The position numbers and the translations under genes are program-made. Shown in pieces: positions 59,643-64,000 of a stretch of DNA of 64,000 nucleotides. The number at the start of each line of letters is the position of its first letter. Position 1 is the stretch's first letter. A model generated the notes under the pieces. It was not told where the DNA came from. It worked only from the letters and a program-made list of their open reading frames with translations, and did not search any database. This DNA is from a virus (taxonomy: Duplodnaviria > Caudoviricetes): positions 2,145 through 66,144 of the IMG/VR virus record IMGVR_UViG_3300037193_003384, one strand, 5' to 3'.

Positions 59643-61151
59643 TCACGCGGCCTTGGACGCGTACATGCCGAACTTCGCCAGCGGCTTGATGATCTTCGTC
59701 GGCACGAAGATGTTGACCTGGCTCTCGTCGAGCTCATCGATCGTCACCTGCAGCTCCCCAGCCTGCACCGACTGATCCAGCGCGGGCCCCTGCACCACGC
59801 CCGCGCGCACCTGCCCGCGCAGGCGGCTCACGATGAAGGCCTCGACGTCGCGCCGCTCCACCACGCCCTCCGGCAGCGGATCGCCACCCGCAGGCAGGTC
59901 TGGCGAGATGCTGCTGTTCTTGAACTCCTGGGGTACCGCCGTACGTAGGTCCCCAAACACGGAGTACATCGCGTCGGTGTCGCTCAGATGATAAGCGCGG
60001 TAGTCGGGCGCGCCGCCGCTGGTGGAGTGCGTGGTGATGGGCGCCACCAGGTAAGGCACGCCCGTGAGGGAATCGATGTCGAGCGGCGTGACGCCGTTGC
60101 TGAGCAGGTCCTCGATCTCGGTGGCGCTCAGCTTGTTGGTGACCACGTCGCGGGGCCCGTAGAGCTCGTGCGTGTTGCCGATGCGGTTGTAGTTGGCGCG
60201 CACCGAAGCCCAGCGCAGCGCGTCCCCAGCCTCGGCTGCTGCCAGCTCGCACGGCAGGTCATCCCAGCTTCGCCCGAGGACGTATTGCATCGCCTCGTTG
60301 TTGCGATCGATGGCGCCCGCCTTCGCGTTGCTGGTGGTGCCGGTGACGCCCACCACGCCGACCTGCAGCAGCGCGGCAGAGCCCGTCTCGAACGTGTTGA
60401 TGTGGTTCGCGAGCCGCTCGGCGTTGCTGCTCGAGCTCGTGTCCGCGGCATCGGCGTTCGAGATGCAGGGGATGATCCGCCGGTATTCGCGCGTCGAGAC
60501 CGTGGTCAGCGCGGTCGCGAAGGTGGGCTCCGTGGTGCCGCCCGTGCAGTTCGCCGGGTTGACCGTGACGGCGATCCCGCCGCCGCCCTCGATGATGCCC
60601 GCCCAGAGCCGGACGTCGTTTCCCCAGGGCCCCGCCACCTTTGCGGTGAACAGGATGGAGCCGCCCGTCGCGTCGCTCGCGGTGACGAACAGATCGGCCG
60701 CCTGCTGGTTGATGGTGGCCACGGCGCGCGTGACGAACGTCGTCGCGGCCTCGCCATTGAGCCAGGCCACGTCGATCTGCCGCCCATGGATGCGGAAGCG
60801 GATCGTGCTGTTCTCGGTGGCGGGCCCGGTGAAGGTCTGCGTGCCCGTGGCTGCAGCGCCAGCGCTGGCCGTGGGCGCGATCACGTCCAGGCTGCCGAGC
60901 GGGTAGCGCTGGAAGAAGCGCTTGGACGCCAGGTGCCCAGGCGTGCCTGCACCGAGCGCCGTGGCGACGTCATCGGGGCCATAGCACTGGCGCACCTCCG
61001 TGTTCGCGGTGATGTTTCCAGCGCTCGACTTCGGCGCCATGATCAGCGCCCGCAGTGCAGCGAGCCCTGGATTCTGGGCGGGCCCGAGCAGGTTGATCGT
61101 GAGATAGAACCCGGGTGTCTTGACGTTACTCGCGACCGCCTTCGCCGGCAT
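59643..61151 (-). CDS. contractile tail sheath protein (Mu gpL-like)
   Basis: NVKTPGFY, TAKVAGPWGN, IEDLLSNGVTPL and PITT. Confidence 0.9.
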   Translation of the reverse strand: MPAKAVASNVKTPGFYLTINLLGPAQNPGLAALRALIMAPKSSAGNITANTEVRQCYGPDDVATALGAGTPGHLASKRFFQRYPLGSLDVIAPTASAGAAATGTQTFTGPATENSTIRFRIHGRQIDVAWLNGEAATTFVTRAVATINQQAADLFVTASDATGGSILFTAKVAGPWGNDVRLWAGIIEGGGGIAVTVNPANCTGGTTEPTFATALTTVSTREYRRIIPCISNADAADTSSSSNAERLANHINTFETGSAALLQVGVVGVTGTTSNAKAGAIDRNNEAMQYVLGRSWDDLPCELAAAEAGDALRWASVRANYNRIGNTHELYGPRDVVTNKLSATEIEDLLSNGVTPLDIDSLTGVPYLVAPITTHSTSGGAPDYRAYHLSDTDAMYSVFGDLRTAVPQEFKNSSISPDLPAGGDPLPEGVVERRDVEAFIVSRLRGQVRAGVVQGPALDQSVQAGELQVTIDELDESQVNIFVPTKIIKPLAKFGMYASKAA

Positions 61152-61488
61152 GGTGCTGCTCCTTCGCTGGCTGATCGGGCATGCCCGCTCTCAGCTTCTC
61201 GCGAGGTGCGCCTACCTCCCGAAGTTGATCTTGCTGCCTCGACCACTCGTCGGCGGTGTGCTCGACGAGCTCACCGTCCGCGATGAGCCGCCCATATTCA
61301 CGGGCGTGCCGGTGGGCTTCATCATGAGGGATCGCTACGATCGCCTTCGTGTTGTAGCGAATCTTCCGCGGCTGCTCGGGATCCCGCTCAGCGCCGATCA
61401 GCACCTTGGTGCCGAAGCGCATCACGGGCTTGCCCTCGACCGAGCTCACGAACAGACCGAACGCGGAAGCCCCCCCGGACTCACTCAT
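61126..61488 (-). CDS. small protein upstream of the sheath
   Basis: EYGRLIADGELV resembles Mu gp38-like small proteins. Position supports this. Confidence 0.55.
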   Translation of the reverse strand: MSESGGASAFGLFVSSVEGKPVMRFGTKVLIGAERDPEQPRKIRYNTKAIVAIPHDEAHRHAREYGRLIADGELVEHTADEWSRQQDQLREVGAPREKLRAGMPDQPAKEQHHAGEGGRE

Positions 61489-61498
61489 GCCGTGAAGG

Positions 61499-62449
61499 CT
61501 ACGGCATCGGGTCGGTGACGTCCACCACCTCGAGATCCTGGATCGGTTCCGGATCCTCGCGCCCGGGCAGCGTCCCCTCGTAGTGCGTGCGCAGCCACGG
61601 CGCGAAGGTGCGCCCGGAGATCGTGGCCTCGAGCGTTTGGTTTACCCGCAGCTGGACGCCGTAGATGTAGTGATTGGCGCGGCGCCCGAGCCGCGCGCGC
61701 TCGGTGATTTCCACGCCGCTGCCCACCGTCGACAGCTGCTCGCCGTCGTCATTCTGGTGGCGATCGGTGAGCAGCCGCGTGATGGCCTGCACGATGAGGT
61801 GCCCGTCCTGGCGCCTGCGCGTATCGCCGGTGAGGCGACTCACAACCACATAGAGGACGAAATGCTCCCGCCAGAAGCGCGCCGCCCGCGTCGCCCGGTT
61901 GCTGCCCTGCCGCATGCCGCCGAGCGCGCCCTCCGCCGGCTCGCTGCGGGACCAGATGAGCATGACGCCCCGGTCCCCCACGCGCGCGGCGAACAGATCG
62001 TCGCTCGGGTTGGCCAGGTCCAGGTCCTCGTAAAAGCCCGCTGATCGGATGAGCGCGCCCGCGTCGCTGGCGTCCGTCATGTCGGCGTCCAGAGTCGCCG
62101 TCGGGTGGATGCCGTCCACGGGCGGGTCGAAGCGCAGCACGGTGCCAGCCGGCAGGTTGTGGCGTGCGCCGCCGATGTTGCTGGTGATGGGCACGCCGGG
62201 CTCGGTGGCGCCATCGCGTACCGAGGGGATGACCCAGTCCTCGGTCGTCTTGTAGAGCAGGTCGGTGCGCTCGTTGCCGCCGACCACCGGCACCAGATAC
62301 GTGTTGCGCGGCAGCGCGATGGGATCGGGGTTGTCGGGAGCCGTGACGGTCATCGCGCCGGTGCCGCGCACGCCCGTGGCCGGCGCGATGGTGGCGAACA
62401 GAGCGCGCCCCAGCCGCTCGATCGTGTTGAGGACGATGGGCTCAGCCAT
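61499..62449 (-). CDS. putative tail completion/terminator protein
   Basis: Position between gpG and sheath, with an inserted baseplate-J-like beta segment. Confidence 0.5.
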   Translation of the reverse strand: MAEPIVLNTIERLGRALFATIAPATGVRGTGAMTVTAPDNPDPIALPRNTYLVPVVGGNERTDLLYKTTEDWVIPSVRDGATEPGVPITSNIGGARHNLPAGTVLRFDPPVDGIHPTATLDADMTDASDAGALIRSAGFYEDLDLANPSDDLFAARVGDRGVMLIWSRSEPAEGALGGMRQGSNRATRAARFWREHFVLYVVVSRLTGDTRRRQDGHLIVQAITRLLTDRHQNDDGEQLSTVGSGVEITERARLGRRANHYIYGVQLRVNQTLEATISGRTFAPWLRTHYEGTLPGREDPEPIQDLEVVDVTDPMP

Positions 62450-62587
62450 GGGAAGGATCCTTGCGGGTGGCAGAAGAAAGCTTCTCCCCCACCTGCCTGA
62501 AGTTCGCGAGGAAGACGGCCGCCGCGTAGCGCGCGCGCTCGAGGCGTCGCTTCCTTCGATGCCGGATTTTGGCCGTGTTCCCCATGC

Positions 62588-63259
62588 TCACTCCGCCGCG
62601 ATCTGGATCGGCCTGCCCAGGTGCACGTCGATCATCTGGATGATATCCCGCTCGAAGGCATCCGTGTCGATGTCGAAGAAGTCACGCAGCGGGATCTTCC
62701 GGCGCGGCGCGTGGCTCACATGATATTTCGCATAGCGCACGTTGGTGTAGACCTCCACGACGTCGTCGGAGGTGTACGGCGTGAGGCTGCCGATCAGCAC
62801 GCCCGTGTCCTGCAGCAGCTTCGGGTTGCCCTGCCAGCGCCGGTTGCTCTTGGCCAGCTTCTTCCGCTTCGTGGTGCGCTTCGGGCGCTCGAGGCTGCCG
62901 CCATAGCGGCGCGTCACCGAGCCGTGGGCGTAGCCGAACGCGGACCGCAGCTTCCGTTCGCGCCGCGCGTTTTCCTTCGCCTTCGCCGCCTTCACCTCAC
63001 GGTTGCGGATCTGCCGCGGCGTGAGCTGCTTCACCTTCTTCGGGCGCGCGGGCGCCGGCGTGCCGGGCTTCGGCAGCCCCTTGCGCTGCCAGGCGAAGGG
63101 CGGCCATTTGCCATGCCCCTCGGTCTCGAACTCCTCGAGCACGAAGTGATGCAGCGACGCGCTGACGGCCGTCGCGATCTCGCTGAGCACGTTGTGCCCG
63201 CGCTTCTCCCACACCCGGCAGATGTGATCGAGCGCTTCGAACTTGAGCTCGACGCGCAC
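62588..63259 (-). CDS. virion morphogenesis protein (Mu gpG-like)
   Basis: FETEG..KWPP, LLQDTGVLIGSL, VYTNVRYAKYH and IPLRDF. Confidence 0.85.
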   Translation of the reverse strand: MRVELKFEALDHICRVWEKRGHNVLSEIATAVSASLHHFVLEEFETEGHGKWPPFAWQRKGLPKPGTPAPARPKKVKQLTPRQIRNREVKAAKAKENARRERKLRSAFGYAHGSVTRRYGGSLERPKRTTKRKKLAKSNRRWQGNPKLLQDTGVLIGSLTPYTSDDVVEVYTNVRYAKYHVSHAPRRKIPLRDFFDIDTDAFERDIIQMIDVHLGRPIQIAAE

Positions 63260-63265
63260 GGCACC

Positions 63266-63559
63266 TCACGCGGCGCGGTCGTTGCGCATCCGGTCGAGGG
63301 TGCCGTCCTGCAGCTGCCAGACCGCGGTGCGCTGGCCCGCGGAGAAGCCAGAGCGCAGCGCATCGATGCCGTCGTACAGCGCGCTCTGAGCCCTGTAGTA
63401 GGGCAGCAGCACCGGCGCGATGGCAAAGCGCGCGCGGGTTTTCCAGTAGCCCACGTCGTAGCCCAGGCGCTCGAGCGTCCCTGCCTCCGGGATCGGTGGG
63501 TACCCGTGCAGCCCGCGCACGCCATCGGGTTGCGGTTGCGGCTTCGGTGTGGATGCCAT
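63266..63559 (-). CDS. hypothetical protein
   Basis: Chained between gp36-like and gpG-like genes. Confidence 0.55.
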   Translation of the reverse strand: MASTPKPQPQPDGVRGLHGYPPIPEAGTLERLGYDVGYWKTRARFAIAPVLLPYYRAQSALYDGIDALRSGFSAGQRTAVWQLQDGTLDRMRNDRAA

Positions 63560-64000
63560 CAGAAACTCCCCCTTCCCCGGTCCCCCGGGATGCGTGGATC
63601 GGGCGCGAACTCAAAGACGTGGTCGCCCACCTCACCGCCCATGGACAGGTGCGCGCCGGCCTCGGCTTCCTTCACCGATCGGATTTCGCCACGCGCCAGG
63701 CGCCCGAGCTCAGCGCGGCCGTTCACACCGAACGCGTCGAACGGGCCGCGCCCGCTCTCATCCAGCCACTCGGGCTTCCGCTCACCCGCCAGCTGCGCCA
63801 CGATGCCGCTCCACGCGCGCACGACCTGGCGATCGAGCGCGATGTGCTCGAGCCCTTCGACGGACCAGCCCTTCCTGATCAGGATGCCGGTGACGATGTC
63901 GTCGGCGTCCGCCATGATCGTCTCCAGCGTGGCCAGGTCAGCGTCCTCCACCAGGCCGTCGCCGTCGTCATCGAACAGCTCCACCAGGCGCGATGCGGTG
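63559..64000 (-). CDS. head-tail adaptor (Mu gp36 / DUF1320-like), 5' end outside window
   Basis: LVELFDDDGDG...ADADDIV...L.RLARGEI. The frame is open to the window edge. Confidence 0.7.
   Translation of the reverse strand, partial: TASRLVELFDDDGDGLVEDADLATLETIMADADDIVTGILIRKGWSVEGLEHIALDRQVVRAWSGIVAQLAGERKPEWLDESGRGPFDAFGVNGRAELGRLARGEIRSVKEAEAGAHLSMGGEVGDHVFEFAPDPRIPGDRGRGSF

Noticed and set aside
62443-62586. Possible 47-aa basic ORF between gpG and the tail completion gene
   Set aside because: Short, no recognisable motif, and cannot be supported from sequence alone
1-64000. Transposable Mu-like phage
   Set aside because: Only virion genes are Mu-like. No MuA/MuB, Mor or Gam recognised, and the DnaB/TrfA replication genes argue otherwise

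Overview
High-GC tailed-phage DNA covering what looks like almost a whole circularly permuted genome. The window starts inside a capsid decoration gene and ends inside a Mu gp36-like gene on the same strand, and only the major capsid gene region is missing. The virion genes are Mu-like myovirus type: portal, gpF, protease I, sheath, tube, chaperone with a -1 frameshift, tape measure, gpN and gp44-48-like baseplate, plus fibres, a tailspike and an amidase endolysin. I see no transposase, integrase or CI-like repressor. Instead there is a plasmid-maintenance set (TrfA-family initiator with four iteron-like repeats, ParA plus a small RHH partner with dispersed 8-bp-period repeat arrays, and a BrnT-type toxin-antitoxin pair) next to a lytic initiator plus DnaB module, so this is a probable phage-plasmid. 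Regulators include a FliA/WhiG-like sigma factor, CsrA, an RHH protein and an initiator-type tRNA-Met. The most striking unexplained element is at 22.0-25.8 kb. Five genes there carry a two-box leader (GCCAAACC...GGAGAAAGCC, second box diverged in one), and the cluster ends in a two-hairpin element whose loops are the reverse complements of those boxes, a candidate multi-target antisense RNA. Product names come from motif recognition by eye, not database searches.
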